From: Fistulifera solaris
Lineage: Eukaryota
Reading direction: 5' to 3'
Assembly: GCA_030295235.1 (NCBI GenBank)
Contig: AP026169.1
Location: 62,001-126,000 of the forward strand
Length of the DNA stretch: 64,000 nucleotides
Shown piece by piece: positions 35,885 through 49,557 of this stretch. The notes beneath the pieces are model-generated. The model saw nothing but the letters and a program-made list of their open reading frames with translations. It did no database searches and had not been told where the DNA came from. Positions within the stretch are counted from its first letter, which is position 1; each line of letters starts with the position of its first letter. Made by a program: the position numbers and the translations under genes.

Positions 35885-36695
35885 TCTCTCAAGTTATTTA
35901 TAGGCAAACGAATCGAAGCCAAAGATTGAATGAATAAGCAAAGGGATGACTATTGATTGCGTTGAGAAGAAGAAGAAGGGCAACACGAAAAAAATAACGC
36001 AAGCCGCAAACGCTCGACGGAGACGGCAGGCGACAGACGTTTCGTGACTGGAAGGCAGTCGTGAAGAAAAACAGACAACATTTTGGGTCTATAGTCAATA
36101 CAAAAGGCAAAGATCCGCAAAGCTTTTCGACTCGTAGAATCGAAATAGGCCGTCTTAGTGCTGCTGACGCTGATACATTAGAAGTAAAGTGTAATGTAGC
36201 TTATTCATTTGGTAGGGCGAACGTAGTTTTGGTGTCCGTCTGACATGCTAGTAAACTGACTCATGACCGAAATGCAGTCGTGATGAAAAACAGGTCGCCT
36301 TCACTTTGGGTTTATAGTAAATAAAGAAGTCGAACGATCAACGTCAATCTGTATTTATCACGCACTTTCTCTGCTTTTCTAGGTCCGCTCGGTCCTCATA
36401 CTACCTTTTACCTGTTACTAAGTGCAATTCAACATCAAAGCATAAGAAGAAATAAGGCAACTTGCTATTTTAAAGCCACGGAACTCGAAAGCTTGATAAC
36501 TCCAACCTTAGTAGATGCAGTCGACGCCGCTGCAAGCAAAACACGCAGCGAGTGAATCACACATAAAAATAATTAGAAACACAAAGATCATTTTGTTTTC
36601 ATTATTTCCTTTCTTTCGCTGTCCCTTTTTAATCTTTGATCTTCCTTCGTTTCCTTTCTTCTTTTGCATTGTTTTCTGCATACACTACGTCAAAG

Positions 36696-39229
36696 ATGTA
36701 CATTCCGCCGGCATTTCATCGCTACAAACCCAACGCCGATGAAGAATTTGATGCAACTGACACGGTCAAGTTGTTGGAGACTCCCATGACACCGGAGGAG
36801 GAGCAATTGTTGTTTCCAGCAGCCGATAACAAATATTACTGGAATGATATTCCGACCTTACAAAGCGAGATGTTGAAGTATTTGCCTGAACATCATCATG
36901 ATGATACGCGAAAGATCTTTCAAGATGACGAATTGATGCGTCAACGTGTCAGTTTTATGGAGTTTCGGCAACCGAAAACGCGGTTGTGTCGAGCTTACCG
37001 GGCTGTTACAGCCTATTTGCAACAACAAAATTGGTCTAATTCAACAATTCACGTCAATTTTGTGCGGGGATTGATTGATTGCGCGCCGATGCACTTGGGA
37101 TTTCACACGCTGGCGATTCCTGAATGGTGTTACTGCCCGCTTGCCTTGCCGGCGTGGTGTCACAAATATCAGATTGAGATTCATATGAATATATCCCCTG
37201 ACAACAATCATCATCGCAATCGCAATCGGCGACCACATCATCGCCATCGAGGACCCCAACGATTCTATTGCAAATGTCACCCAAAAGCCCCGAGGGCATT
37301 TTTGGATCACGTCCGTGACACGAAACGGCCTCGAAAAGAGAAAGAACCACCACGTCCTGTAGTGATAGAACAGTTGCACTTTCTACTATATGCCTTTCTG
37401 CACGCGTATTATGAGCATTATTTAGTGCACTGGAAGCAGCATGATGCCTTTTATCCGAAGGACTCGGATAACTACAAGCGTGTCGTGGGACGGAAGTTTG
37501 CGCGTGTGCAGCGCTACCGTGAGCTCGGGATTCAACGGCAAGAGAAGTTGAAACAAGAGACACTGGAGCACCAGACGAAATTGGAAGAGGTACAGAAAGT
37601 GCGAGAGAAGTTGCGTGAAATCTTGTCACGGGAAGAGCTCGCCGTGAGGGACAAGCGAGACGCTATCTTCGATCGCGCACAGGAGGTCTTGGGAATTCGC
37701 ACCGACAAGAACACAGCCAAGGAACGCCAGCCGTACACCAGAATCACGCATGGGTTATGTAAAATGGAGTATGGGAGTTACGTACAGGAAATTCTGGTTG
37801 ACCACTATGTCTTTAGGTGTGAATCGAAGAAAGATTACAAGAAAGTGTGCTTTGCAGATTCGTCGTTTGAACAGATGGAATTGCTATGGAAGGATCGCAC
37901 ACACCCTGTTCTCTTTGGGCAGTCCATCAATCAACTGACGGAAACCTTCTTTCTGGGAATGGATGCTTCATCCAGCAAGGGTAAGGAATTCGAGTTGTTT
38001 GTTTCGAGTGAGTTACAAGTGGACGTCTCACGCTTTCTATCATCCTGTTAAAGAGAATGATATTGTCGAAAAGGCCAAGGATGAAGGAGGGCCGACCCGG
38101 CAATTTCTCTCTGAGTTCTGGCGCTATTTGCCCCGCGTTGTAATCCAGTCAGAGCCTGCCAACAGAAAGGACGTCCACTTGTTTGAGGAAAAGGAGTATT
38201 TGGAGCCTAAGAGTGATTATCACATCGATCGATTAGAGGAAAACACGAAACGTGAGGTCAGGCGCTGTTATCGTGCATTGGGTCGAGTTCTCGGATTCTG
38301 TATTATTCATGAATATCATATCAGCCACGTTGTTTTATCAAGGATTCATCGAAACTATTTGCTCCGTGGTATCACGCCAAAGGAGGGATATGACAAGACC
38401 GAGTTGTTTTATGATTTGAAAGAGCTTATGGGTAAAGGAAATGGCGACAATAATCTTGTTTTTGAAGCGTTGCAGGCAATGAAAAGCGATGATGACATGG
38501 ATCTCGAAACACAGTTGTCTGAGCAAAAAGTTTTGAAACGCAGTTGCGAAAACATGTTCATGAATATTACATTGATCAGTACAAATTCTTTTTAGATGCA
38601 ATTCAAGAAGGAATGAGATTAGGTAGGTTTTGATGATCAGTTTGAAACATCTCCTCCGGCACTCACGACATCACTGTTTTACCAACCTTTTACAGATTTC
38701 CTAGAAGGCCATCAGATTCCAGAGATTTTCAAAAGATTCATTCTTGGCGAGTTGATGAGTTGGTCTTCGGGAAAGCTGAACTTACTGTTGAAGACGTCAT
38801 CAGCGCGTTGGATCCGTATTATGCCGACTTGCAGATGGAACCCATCACCCAAGAAATACTGGATCGAGAGAAGACACAGAGAAGAGTGTTGCAAAAGAAT
38901 CCCGTGAACGACAAGGCGGAGGGCGTTTTTGTCGATGTTGTTCGTTCAATGGCAAAAGATGATCCAGACTTTTTGGCTACTCTTGTTTTGTACGTGCTAG
39001 GATATGATTATTTGCCCGTTGGAGTCCCAATCATTGTCGAATTCAATTACAGCGAATTTATGAAAAAGTAATTGACCAAAATAATTCTTTGCCCATGGCC
39101 CACACCTGCGTCCACGTTTTGAAATTGCCGGGCACAGCCTACAATGCCGATGCGGGTCTTCTCCGATCGAAACTGAAAATGTCATTGGACTATTTTAAAC
39201 AAACCAAGTCAGGATTCAATATGGAATAA
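36696..39229 (+). CDS. HECT-domain E3 ubiquitin ligase-like protein; several apparent frameshifts and a probable intron at ~38622..38695
   Basis: KDEGGPTRQFLSEFW, YRALGRVLG and C-terminal catalytic LPMAHTC...SGFNME*. N-terminal region not recognised. Confidence 0.75.
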
Positions 39230-39816
39230 ATCATTTATTAAATAGAATAAGTCCCGTAAAACAGAAATTTCTAGTTCGTCAACAGTATCAACTTTGTGTT
39301 CGATTCGAAGCAGAAGTTTTCTAAACTCTAGTTCGTCGTCTTGCGATGTTCACTTGAATTCTTTGTGAAAGAAATTTATCATCCTCGCGTTTCCTCTAGC
39401 CGTGCGATTTGAACGAGATCAAACAAAGCATCGACATGATCCCAAAGCAAAGAGCGGAGCGCTGGAATGATGTCGAGGCACAAATCCTTGACGTCTGCAT
39501 CGACTATATCCCAACTCTTTTTCTTTTGGCTTAATCGGGATATGTTGCAATTTTTCGTCCATGCTTGGGCTTAGCTGCCCTGTGTCTAATGAACTTATGT
39601 CACGATATGCCCTATAATCGAAACAAGCACTCTAGGCCCGACAACTTCGTAAACAAAATCTCAAGATTCTATTGAAAACACTAATACACCTAAACTTTAT
39701 TTGAAATCAATAAAATAATAACTAGTCAAGCGGCACCAGGAAGATCCCATGAGCCATAAGTGCGACGATAGCCTGGCAATGATACTTCCGTCACTTTTTA
39801 TATTATTTATATACTT

Positions 39817-41384
39817 TTACTTCAGCTGCGCGAGCACTTCATCCGCAATGGCAATGGTCTTTTCGATATCAGCATCCGTGTGTGCCATGGACATGAAACC
39901 GGCTTCGTACATACTAGGAGCCAAGTACACACCCCGCTCCAACATCATGCGGTGCCACTTGCTGAATTTCTCGCCGTCGGCCTTGTTCTTAGCATCAGCA
40001 AAGTTTTTGACCGGGCCTTCGCAAAGAACCATCCGAACATACCACCGGCTACTCCGGCAGTAATGGCGTGGCCGTGCTTCTCGGCGGCGGCCGTGATACC
40101 GTCAATCAATTTCTGTGCCTTGCGCTCCAATTCTTCGTACACACCGGGTTGTGACAACTTGTTCAATGTCTCAATACCCGCACGCATGGCCAATGGGTTA
40201 CCGGAAAGGGTACCGGCTTGGTACATGGGACCGGCGGGGGCGACCCATTCCATAATGTCCCGACGTCCACCGTAGGCGCCGACTGGAAGACCACCTCCAA
40301 TGACCTTACCCATGGTCGTAACATCGGGAGTGACTCCGAAATATTGCTGAGCACCACCGTAGGCGACACGGAAACCAGTCATGACTTCATCGAACACCAA
40401 AAGAGCCCCGTTGGCCTTGGTGATTTCTCGCAAACCTTCCAAAAAGGCCTGATCGGGCTTGATGAAACCCGAGTTACCGACGACGGGCTCGAGAATGACC
40501 GCCGCAATCTCGTCCTTGTTTTCTTCGAAAATTTGTTTGACGGACTCCAAGTTATTGTATTCGGCGCAGTACGTTGCTTGGGTCGCCGATTTGGGGACAC
40601 CAGGCGAGTCGGGCAAGCCCAAGGTGGCGACACCGGAACCAGCCTGTACCAAAAATGAGTCGGCGTGACCGTGGTAGCAACCTTCAAACTTGATCACCTT
40701 CTCGCGGCCCGTGTAGGCACGCACCAAACGAATCATTCCCATGCAAGCTTCCGTTCCCGAGTTGGTGAAACGGACCATTTCGACAGACGGCACCGCGGCG
40801 ATGACTTTTTTGGCCAATTCGTTTTCGAGAGGACAGGGGGCACCAAAGGAAGTTCCCTTCTGCATCGTTTCCGTAATGGCCGCCAAGACATCATCGTCGG
40901 CGTGTCCCAAAATGGCCGGTCCCCAAGTACCGACGTAATCAATGTATTGATTGCCATCAACGTCGTAGGCGTAAGCACCCTTGACACGGTCAAAGACGAC
41001 GGGGTTTCCCCCGACGGATTTGAAAGCGCGGACGGGAGATGAGACACCCCCGGGCATAAGCTATAGTAGATGTAATTGTGTGTGATGAGTGAGACGACGG
41101 AACGGATGAATCAGAATGATGGGTCGGTCGACAGTTGCAACATGAACGTTACATGAAATGAAACGGCGAAAATTCGTGTCAGACCACAATTTTTAATCCA
41201 ATGTGAGTGAAATCTATAACCTTACCTCCTTAGCTTCCTGGAAGATTTCTTCACTTTTGGTGAACGAGTACGTTTTGGTGGCCGTATCGGCATGCAAAGC
41301 CGAGTTTCGGGCCCACGTTTGTTGCGGCGCAAACGCCGCCGAACAAGAGAGAGTTAAAGCACAGCAAGCAGCAGCGAATTTCAT
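39817..41384 (-). CDS. GSA: Plastid glutamate-1-semialdehyde 2,1-aminomutase; intron 41061..41225; apparent frameshift at ~40023
   Basis: Signal + SAAFAP presequence; [32 protein letters not shown]-lysine motif [13 protein letters not shown], and [13 protein letters not shown]. Confidence 0.96.
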
Positions 41385-41994
41385 GATTGTAATAGTGATG
41401 AATGAATGATTGAATAAATAAAGAAATAAATGAATTGAAAAGATTCCCAATAAGAAAACGACACACAAGGATGCTCTTTTTGGTTTGAATGAAATCGCCA
41501 CCCAAAAACGAGCGAAAGGTTGAACCTTTTTCAAAAACGCGCGCTTGCTTGTTTTTCGTCAAAATAAAGGCTTCCACGGGGTGGTACGTACGTGTAGTGG
41601 ATCTTCCCAAGTTGAAGTTTGGTGAATTCCAAATTCCCTCTCTGACAAATCTATGACTGAAAGTGCAGTCGTGGGTCGTCCGTCGTGGATGCGTCTTTTC
41701 CATTATGGTTACCAGGTATACAAAAGTAAAAGATACCGAGTAGATATTAGACTTTAATGAATTTTTACTCCGTATTCAAGTTTAAAAAACTTGTGTTTTT
41801 TTAAACTTAAACAAACTCATAGTAGTATTCAGGAGTCAGGAATATTCGACTGTTTACTTTTCGCCTTGCAATGACGATCCGGATGTGATTTACCGTGCTC
41901 ACGAAAACACAAAAGAAGGCGACTAGATCTCGGGGCCAGTAGAAACAAATGGCCGCTACTTGGATCTCTTTGAAAAAATATTCTACAAAAAAGT

Positions 41995-43777
41995 TTAATA
42001 TTGGTTTCCCATCAAACTCAGTAGAACATCTAGATTGCTAGCGAGTAAGAAGGAGACAAAACGAAATTCGCGTCGATGCAAAAGAGCCCGGCCGAACAAT
42101 GCATCTCGTTTTAGAATGGATTCCACGGATTGCAATTGTATGACACCAAAGTACCATCGATTGAATTCCAACAAGGGACGCACTTCCCACTCCCATTGGG
42201 ATGCTGTAGTAGGGACCAGAGGCCAATCGTCGATCGGAAAAACGACATTCATGTCACGCCGATCTTCCAAAAGTTGTTTCAGCGAAAAAAGCATCTCGGC
42301 GTCTGGTGGCGAACTCCGCACATGCAATCGTAGCTTACCAATCGTGTGGCTCTTCCGTAAGACGGCCATCAAACCATCCCAATGGTCTTTCAAACACAAA
42401 ATGTCGTGTCCGAGTTCAAGTACCTTCAACAGCTGAATGTTTTCAAGCGCAGATAACAGTGTCTGGACTTGTTCCGCAGTGGGTGTTCTATGAAAATGAA
42501 TGCCTAACTTTTTCAAGCCATGAATGGCATCCAGTAGATGATGATAATGAATCGAATTCCGTATCAAGTCGAATCCCAACACAAACGCCTTGGGACGTAT
42601 CATCAACACACTCTCGGTCAAATCGTCGTCACCTTCCTCCACAATACAATTCGTCATTTCCACATGACTCGCACGGGCACGAAAGGGCAGCCTTGCGCGC
42701 CGCAATGTCAGATTCACCAAACACAATTTTGACAATGGAGCAAGGAGCACCAGCTGCGTGAATATTTGTTCTTGGAAAGGATGCACGGACTCGAGTGTCA
42801 AGGAGCCAAAGGGTGTCTTGCGTTGTTGGATACATTTCAGGAAGGTAGCACCACCACCCGCCAACCAACAATGCGCCAACACAATATTCACAGAGTGCTC
42901 TTGTGTCGCCAAAATGGCCGAATGCTCTTCTGAGAAATCAATTCCACCAAAACGAACTTGTCGGAATGAATTGTGGGCCAACAACGTCGATAAGAGTCCC
43001 GAAAAGAAATATTCAAAGGAAAAGACGGAATTGCTGTACGCTACCATCGATACAATGTGTCGTTTTGAATCCGGCAACGCCAACAACCACGACGTGGTTT
43101 CCGCGACAGCTTCGTGACAAGTGCCCCATACTTCGATATTTTCTTCCTGACGATGGTCGTCCTGTAACCAAATCAATCGAAAGACCAATTTGGAGGAAAA
43201 ATGCGATTGCAGCCATGTTCTCTGTTCCGGTTGGTAATTAGTATTGCCCTTGAGAAACAAAGCTCGATCATCGGTGCCACACACAAGCATTCCCGAAGAT
43301 AGGTGTGCAACCAGTGTGGTCAAAGCAGAGGGTGTTCGGAGGAAGCGATGTAACTGCCAATCTTTGTTGGTGGAAAATGGATGACGCGTTACTTTTTGCA
43401 GAACGATTGAAGAGGTCGACGACGACGACGACGACGAGCATACATCTTCTGCGGCCTGAATCCATTCCTGTGCCGCACTCAATACCGCAAAGACGGCTTC
43501 TTCTCCGGGCAAAGCAGCGGCGGTTTGACGACAGATCTCTATAAGTTGTTGTGTGATCGAAGAATCGTTAATGAGCGGCGTTTTCTCACAAGTAATATCC
43601 AACAATTGTCGTTCCGGATATCCGTTCGGCATCGAGAGGCACAACACACAATGTTGTCTTTTGATTCGATAATAAATGTGAGGAACATCCCCACGCGTAA
43701 CCCAAGCTTCTTCGAGTGTATGCCGCCTCAACAAAGTCGAGTTCGGCTTGACGGCGTTCCTCGTTGGAGTCTGCCAT
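41995..43777 (-). CDS. RWD-domain protein fused to a degenerate LRR/RNI-like region; apparent frameshift at ~43715
   Basis: EERRQAELDFVEAAY...LSMPNGYPE...GEEAVFAVLSAAQEWI is RWD-like. The C-terminal part has Leu-periodic segments (LSKLCL, LKKLGI, LKVLEL, IGKLRL). Confidence 0.65.
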
Positions 43778-44659
43778 TTAGTTACACACTCCCATCAAAC
43801 GAGTAAGTTTTGTAGAATAATCATAGGTACTGGTAACTTAAATATATCAGCAACGATGGACAATGGTAACATTATGCATGCATTCATCCATTCATTCACA
43901 ACAACAGATGCCTGACACTGACTGCTGACTGTTGACAGCATCGCAACTACAATCGCTGATACCACTACGACAAAAACACCTATCATTACTTATGTTTCAT
44001 GCTTTCCATTCTTCCTTGATCCGTGAATGGATTTTACGCAGCCACAATTCCGTTCCCACGGCTAAAGCTCTACAGTTACATACGCCCTACTATCACAAAG
44101 CCTCAGTCCGTAGTCCATTGGGGTTCGATCCACCAGTACCGCATTAAGTTCGTTCCAACTGATTAGGCCTCACTCTGTCCTAAACCAGTAGATCTCACCA
44201 GTCTTCGCTTCAATGCAACTGTCATCCACGGATAAGTAGATTATAAATGTGAAGGTCTTGGTCTGGGACAACTTGTACTGTAGTTGAGAACCGTTTGCTT
44301 CTATGACAGTCATTACGATCACGTTTGGTCGTGGCTTTGATACATTTTAGCACAGGGGGCCATTTTCGTTCGGAACAATTAACAACCAGTCTATTCGTGG
44401 GAAACGGTAGTGCGGTAGGCCTGCAGGATGATGCGAAGGGCACACGCCGCCGCCGTCTTTGCCGCAGGAAGCGAGAGTGAGAGAGAGCATTGCCCACATA
44501 CGGAACGGTACGCCAGCGACGAAAACCCAGAAAAAAAGGGCAAAAACACTACCAGGTCTATTCTTCTCCAACATCACTCGCAAAACGAAACTATTTCCTG
44601 TGGATAAGAACAACTTCATTCCGCAAACAACTATTAGCAATTACAAAACCTACAGAAAC

Positions 44660-45346
44660 ATGCCACCGAGATCCTTATCTGATCGGAGTCCAGTTTGTGT
44701 CACGCACTTTGATGAAACGTTCCTGGAATCGTCCAGTCAATCGTCGTTCGAAGTCAAAGGAAGCAGCAAATCAACATCACGCAAAGCGTACAAGTCCCTC
44801 GCCTTTGCTCAAGAGAACGAAGTATTCGAAATCCCACACATCAATGACTTTACCGACGAAGATGTCGCCGCGACGTGGTACGATGCGGAAGAGTACGCCG
44901 AAATCAAGGCGGACTATCAATGTGTCATCTTCATGATGGAGAGCGGGGAACGAATAGACGATGATGAAGAACACACAACACGGGGATTGGAGTATCGAAC
45001 ACAACAGGGGGCGTGGAGTCGGTACGAGAACAAGCGGGATGCTTACAATGCGGTATTGGATGAACAGGACCGACATTGGAAGAAGGATATTGATGATCCC
45101 GAGGCGTTGCGACGGGTCTATGTCGAGCAAGTCGCCAAGTGTCAAAAAGCGGCCGAACAGCGAGCCGCACAAGATGAAATGGATATGCGAGAGATAATGA
45201 GAGCCGATGCCTTTCGTGAAGAGCAACAGGTAAGGAGAAAAGCGTCTAAAATCAAACCAAAATTGGTGAAGATGAAGGACGGATCAGATAGTAGTGCGGT
45301 GCGCAAATCGTCACTCTCCAAAAAGTCAAAACGAGATAGCGTATGA
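44660..45346 (+). CDS. Diatom-type hypothetical protein (WY...RGLE...VLDEQ family)
   Basis: LAFAQENEVFEIPH, ATWYDAEEY, TTRGLEYRT and AVLDEQ; paralogous to 49558..50196. Confidence 0.75.
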   Translation: MPPRSLSDRSPVCVTHFDETFLESSSQSSFEVKGSSKSTSRKAYKSLAFAQENEVFEIPHINDFTDEDVAATWYDAEEYAEIKADYQCVIFMMESGERIDDDEEHTTRGLEYRTQQGAWSRYENKRDAYNAVLDEQDRHWKKDIDDPEALRRVYVEQVAKCQKAAEQRAAQDEMDMREIMRADAFREEQQVRRKASKIKPKLVKMKDGSDSSAVRKSSLSKKSKRDSV

Positions 45347-45933
45347 TCACTATTTTGCAAAACAAAAACGATTCACAAAACCTCCGTAAGGAACAAACTA
45401 CCATTCATAACAATACAATATGATTTCAATAATATCCTATTGACACGCAATAGCCAACACACAGCTATTGTTAACGCTGCGTTTATGATTAGACAACCTA
45501 TAATTCCCGATCTAGTTGCTAGTTGCTCGTCCTAGTCATCGCTATTCATTGTCATTGTCCCTGATCAGAGTGAGTTGGCTTTGGGTCGTCAATAGATAGG
45601 CCTTTTTCTTGGTCCGATCCGGAGGAATCCTAAAATCGAATGCAACCGGTACTAAAAGAATTCTTCCGCCCGTTACTTGTACACTACTTGGTATACCAGG
45701 TACCGGTACCGGTACGGTACCTGGACAGACGATCACAAAAGATCGCCGCATGCAGAACCAGCAGCAGACTGCAGATCTCGCTCCCTCCGTCGCCCGCTTG
45801 TCGGCCGGTATCCAGTATGAATGTGCTTTAAAAGAACTTTGATTCTTCTTGGATGGACGACAGCGAACGAAATAAGGCAACCAAATGCAAAAACAGAGTA
45901 ATGCTACTGTGTTCAAAACATTGAAAGAAGAGA

Positions 45934-46443
45934 ATGCCGGCATTGACCTACGCACAGGAATCCGCTGCCGTCGAAGAAGCGGCCAGTGAAGCCTTCCAGT
46001 TGATTGACGCGTTTGCGGAACAGGAAACGAACGATCCGAACGGTCCGTGGCGACAACCCGAACAAATTTTATCGTCGTTGAATGAGGCACGCGCCAAATT
46101 AATGAATGCCTGGAACGAATTGAGTGCGAAAATGGCGGAGGATGAACAACAAGAAAAAACTTCTACGGTAGTGAACGAGGAAGACTTTCGTGTGGCCTAT
46201 GTCAACATGATTACCGATGCGTTTGCGGATATTTTAGAGGACCTACGGAACCACGATCCTGATTTCGATGTGGATGTTTTAGTTGATTGCTTGCAATCGG
46301 GTATGGAATTAATACCAGAAGAAGATCGAGCTTTATGGATGAAAGAATTCCAAGAGGCTAATCAAGAAGACATCGATGAACTCTTTCCTCACGCTCGTCG
46401 TCGTCGTGATTTGGGTTATGATGTCGAGTCGGCGTCGAAGTGA
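45934..46443 (+). CDS. Acidic helical hypothetical protein
   Basis: 169-aa ATG ORF with coding-like composition; no family recognised. Confidence 0.65.
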   Translation: MPALTYAQESAAVEEAASEAFQLIDAFAEQETNDPNGPWRQPEQILSSLNEARAKLMNAWNELSAKMAEDEQQEKTSTVVNEEDFRVAYVNMITDAFADILEDLRNHDPDFDVDVLVDCLQSGMELIPEEDRALWMKEFQEANQEDIDELFPHARRRRDLGYDVESASK

Positions 46444-46629
46444 GCGTGTGTCTTTTTGCGCGCGTATGCTATACCGGAATCAGGGATTGTCATGGCAACA
46501 GATTCAAGCACAATGAAAGAGTTGAGCGAACGACTTTGCTGATCCTTCAAAGAATCATTTATAGAACATACATGAGAATGACTGAATATTATCTAGTAAA
46601 TACGACGATAAACACTCTGATCAATGCAT

Positions 46630-48823
46630 TTAATCACTGTCTTCTTCACTGTCTTCATCGTCATCGTCGTCACTCTCTTCTTCTCGTAGCCACTCCAAAA
46701 ATTCTTGGACTGCCTTGGACCGAAATAGTCTTCCACGGGGTGTATCTCCTTCCGTTTGCCGCTCGTCCGCCCAAGCAAAGATAGCTTCGTCACTGACAAC
46801 TTCTTCGTCTTCCAATACAGTTAGCAGAAAGCGGAAAGACATGCCGCTCGACAGAACAGTTCCTATTTCGGTTTCTTCGCACGCACATCGCTCCAAGGCA
46901 AGTACAATCGCTTTCTCTTCCTCCATCGTGATACTCATTTTTTGCAGCAATGGAGCCCAGTGTTGCAACGCCTTCTTGAATTCGGTTGCCATTTTGACGT
47001 CTTTCATATCTTGGGTGATATTCATTCGCTCTAAAATAGCCATCGTCGCTGCTGTTACGCAGTCACTGTAACTAGCATTTTGGCTGAACTTGAACGAATT
47101 GAGTTCAATCGCCAGGTTCTCAATAGGGCTAATCATTTCGTATTCCATACAAATGCTTTTCAGTTCGCGAATGACATCAACGCCTTTTTGACGACCTATG
47201 ATTTCATCATTGTTGTTAGCGGCGAAAGGTTCGGCATCCGCGCTAAATGTCACTGCTCCGCTATATTCATCGAGGTAATCCGGCATGCCTTCGTCGTCAC
47301 CCATGTCGCTAAAATTGTCCGAAGGTTCTTGCTGATATGAAGAGCGAAGAGCCTCTAGTGCGGTACGGTCGTAACCGATACTTTCTGATTTTAGCTTTTC
47401 TGCGACCGATAGGTATCCTTCATCATCTTCATTGTATTCTTCGTCATCTGGTTTGGTTTCCAAATGTGACCCTTTCCATCGGGTCCCACCAAATGAGTGT
47501 CCAGACACGGCTGATCTCGATCCTCCCCTTCGTCAAAGTCGTTGCTACTGTCATCATCCCAGCCATCACCAAAATCGTCTTCCTTTTCTTCTTTGAGTGA
47601 CAGACGAGTGTACGGTGGCAACACCACATTTTCACCCACGACGCACCCCGCACCTATCACGCATCCGGAGTGGACCACGGCGCCCGCCTGGATGACGGCG
47701 CCATCGGCCACAATCGATTGAATCACCTTCGCTCCCGGACCAATTTCTACGGCACTCCACAAATGCGTCTCTTCCAAGACAGCACCGGCAGCAATCACGC
47801 AATAGTTGCCCACCGTGCAACGCGTAAGCTTGGAATTTTCCCCAATCGTGCAGGTACCAATCATTCCAGGGCCCTCCACGGTGGCACTCCGTGCGATTCG
47901 AGCATTCGACTCCACGTACAAATAATGTCGCTGCATTTGATAAAACTCTCTTTCAAAGTAGTTTTCGGGTACCACTGGATAACACCATCGTTTCAATAAA
48001 TCACGTGAAGTTTGTGCGTACGAATACGGATCGGTCACACGACTGGAATACCCCTCCGTGACGACGTGCCCGTAAATGATGTTCTGCAGTCCCTCTTCTT
48101 CTTCCGCGACGGAGTTGGTGACAAACTCACGTCGGATATCTCCATAATCAAAATTATCCGAGAACCGCGCCAACAAATCGGGGCTACAGATATCGATGCC
48201 GCCATCGACCAAATCGGAGCGTAGTTCCACCGGGGTACTGATGAACGAGCAAGGGACTCGCACTGATTTCGCGGACTGGTCGTAGTAATAAATTCGCTGC
48301 TTCGGATCCATTCCTACCACTAAATCATCGTCTTGCACACCTTTCTCTCGCATCAATATCGTCATAATGGCAGCACTGTCTTGTTCGTGCCGTTTCTTAT
48401 GCGCCAGCATGGCGGCGGAGATGTCGATATTCATGACAGCGTCCGCGTGCATGAGTAAAAGGGATCACTCTTGACAATGGAACGTTTGTCAAGTTCACGG
48501 AGCGCGTCGCCGGCATTTAAAAAGGATGGATCTTGAATGACGGTGACCGTGAGGCGACTCGTTCGTTGGTGCGACACGTATGCGGCGACCGCGTCGGCCA
48601 CGCACATGACCAAGACTTGCTCGACACCGACACTGGCAAGAAAATCGATCGCGTAATCGATTAGGGGGACATTGTTGAGGGGGCAAAGTACTTTGGGTTG
48701 ATCGAGGTTGAGCGGACGAAATTGATTCCGTGTGAACGCGTCGTCGGCGAGTAATACCGCTTGCAGCGGTTCTTTACGTTCCGTTAAATTGTCAGTGTGT
48801 TTGTCAATTCCTTTTTTCACCAT
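46630..48823 (-). CDS. EIF2B5: Translation initiation factor eIF2B epsilon subunit; apparent frameshifts at ~48458 and ~47460
   Basis: PLQAVLLAD...PKVLCPLNNVPLIDY, GDALRELD, DLLKRWCYPVVPE, hexapeptide (LbH) repeats, IENLAIELNSFK, and W2 end FLEWLREEESDDD. Confidence 0.9.
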
Positions 48824-49557
48824 TTTGGCAGCTGAATGTGTTGAATGTTTAAGTAGCTCAAGCACTTTTTCCTGTTGCAATGCTCTAGGATGCTTGCCGT
48901 TTTTTTGTTGCGTTTGAATTGAGGAGCGCGTTTGGAGCCGCTCAATCCATTTTTGTAATTTTCAGTAAGGTTCAGCATAACGATGACGACGTATGACGCA
49001 AGTACCGTACCGGGGTACCGGTACCGGTACGTTCGACTTCGTCATTCTAGCTGTCAATGATTCGGTGCCGAAAACTACTTTCATTTCACATTCATAAAGA
49101 TGCGATGATACCTTGGATCGGACTACGTTAAAGTGTAAAAGCAGAGCGATGATCAGCTGGAAACAAAGAATTATAATCGGAAAACCAACAATATCTTATT
49201 TTACGGGACTGAAGTATGGTTGAATCAAATGAATTTTCACCCTCACACGTTCGACCACCGCTGTTCTTGTTCTGTTCAAAAAGAAATACCAAGTTCGATT
49301 TCCTATGCCAACAACGATGAGTGATGAGGACTATTTATTCTGCTTTCATTGCCCAAAAAGCTTGAGAGTTCGAAGATTCAAACAGAGAATGTGGTGACTA
49401 TCGGTATATAATATCGAAAGAGTAACCTTAATTTCTGAGACTGAATTATGAATGAATAGTATCAAAGTTACTTATTATGTTCAGTTTTCAATTTGTAAAG
49501 AAAAGTAATGCACAAATGTTGGACAAGATTGTATGTATGCAGTATGAATAAATGTGC

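Noticed and set aside
39880..41047. Long antisense and alternative-frame ORFs over GSA (likewise over leuB, MYB, ISWI)
   Set aside because: Expected shadows of codon-biased real genes.
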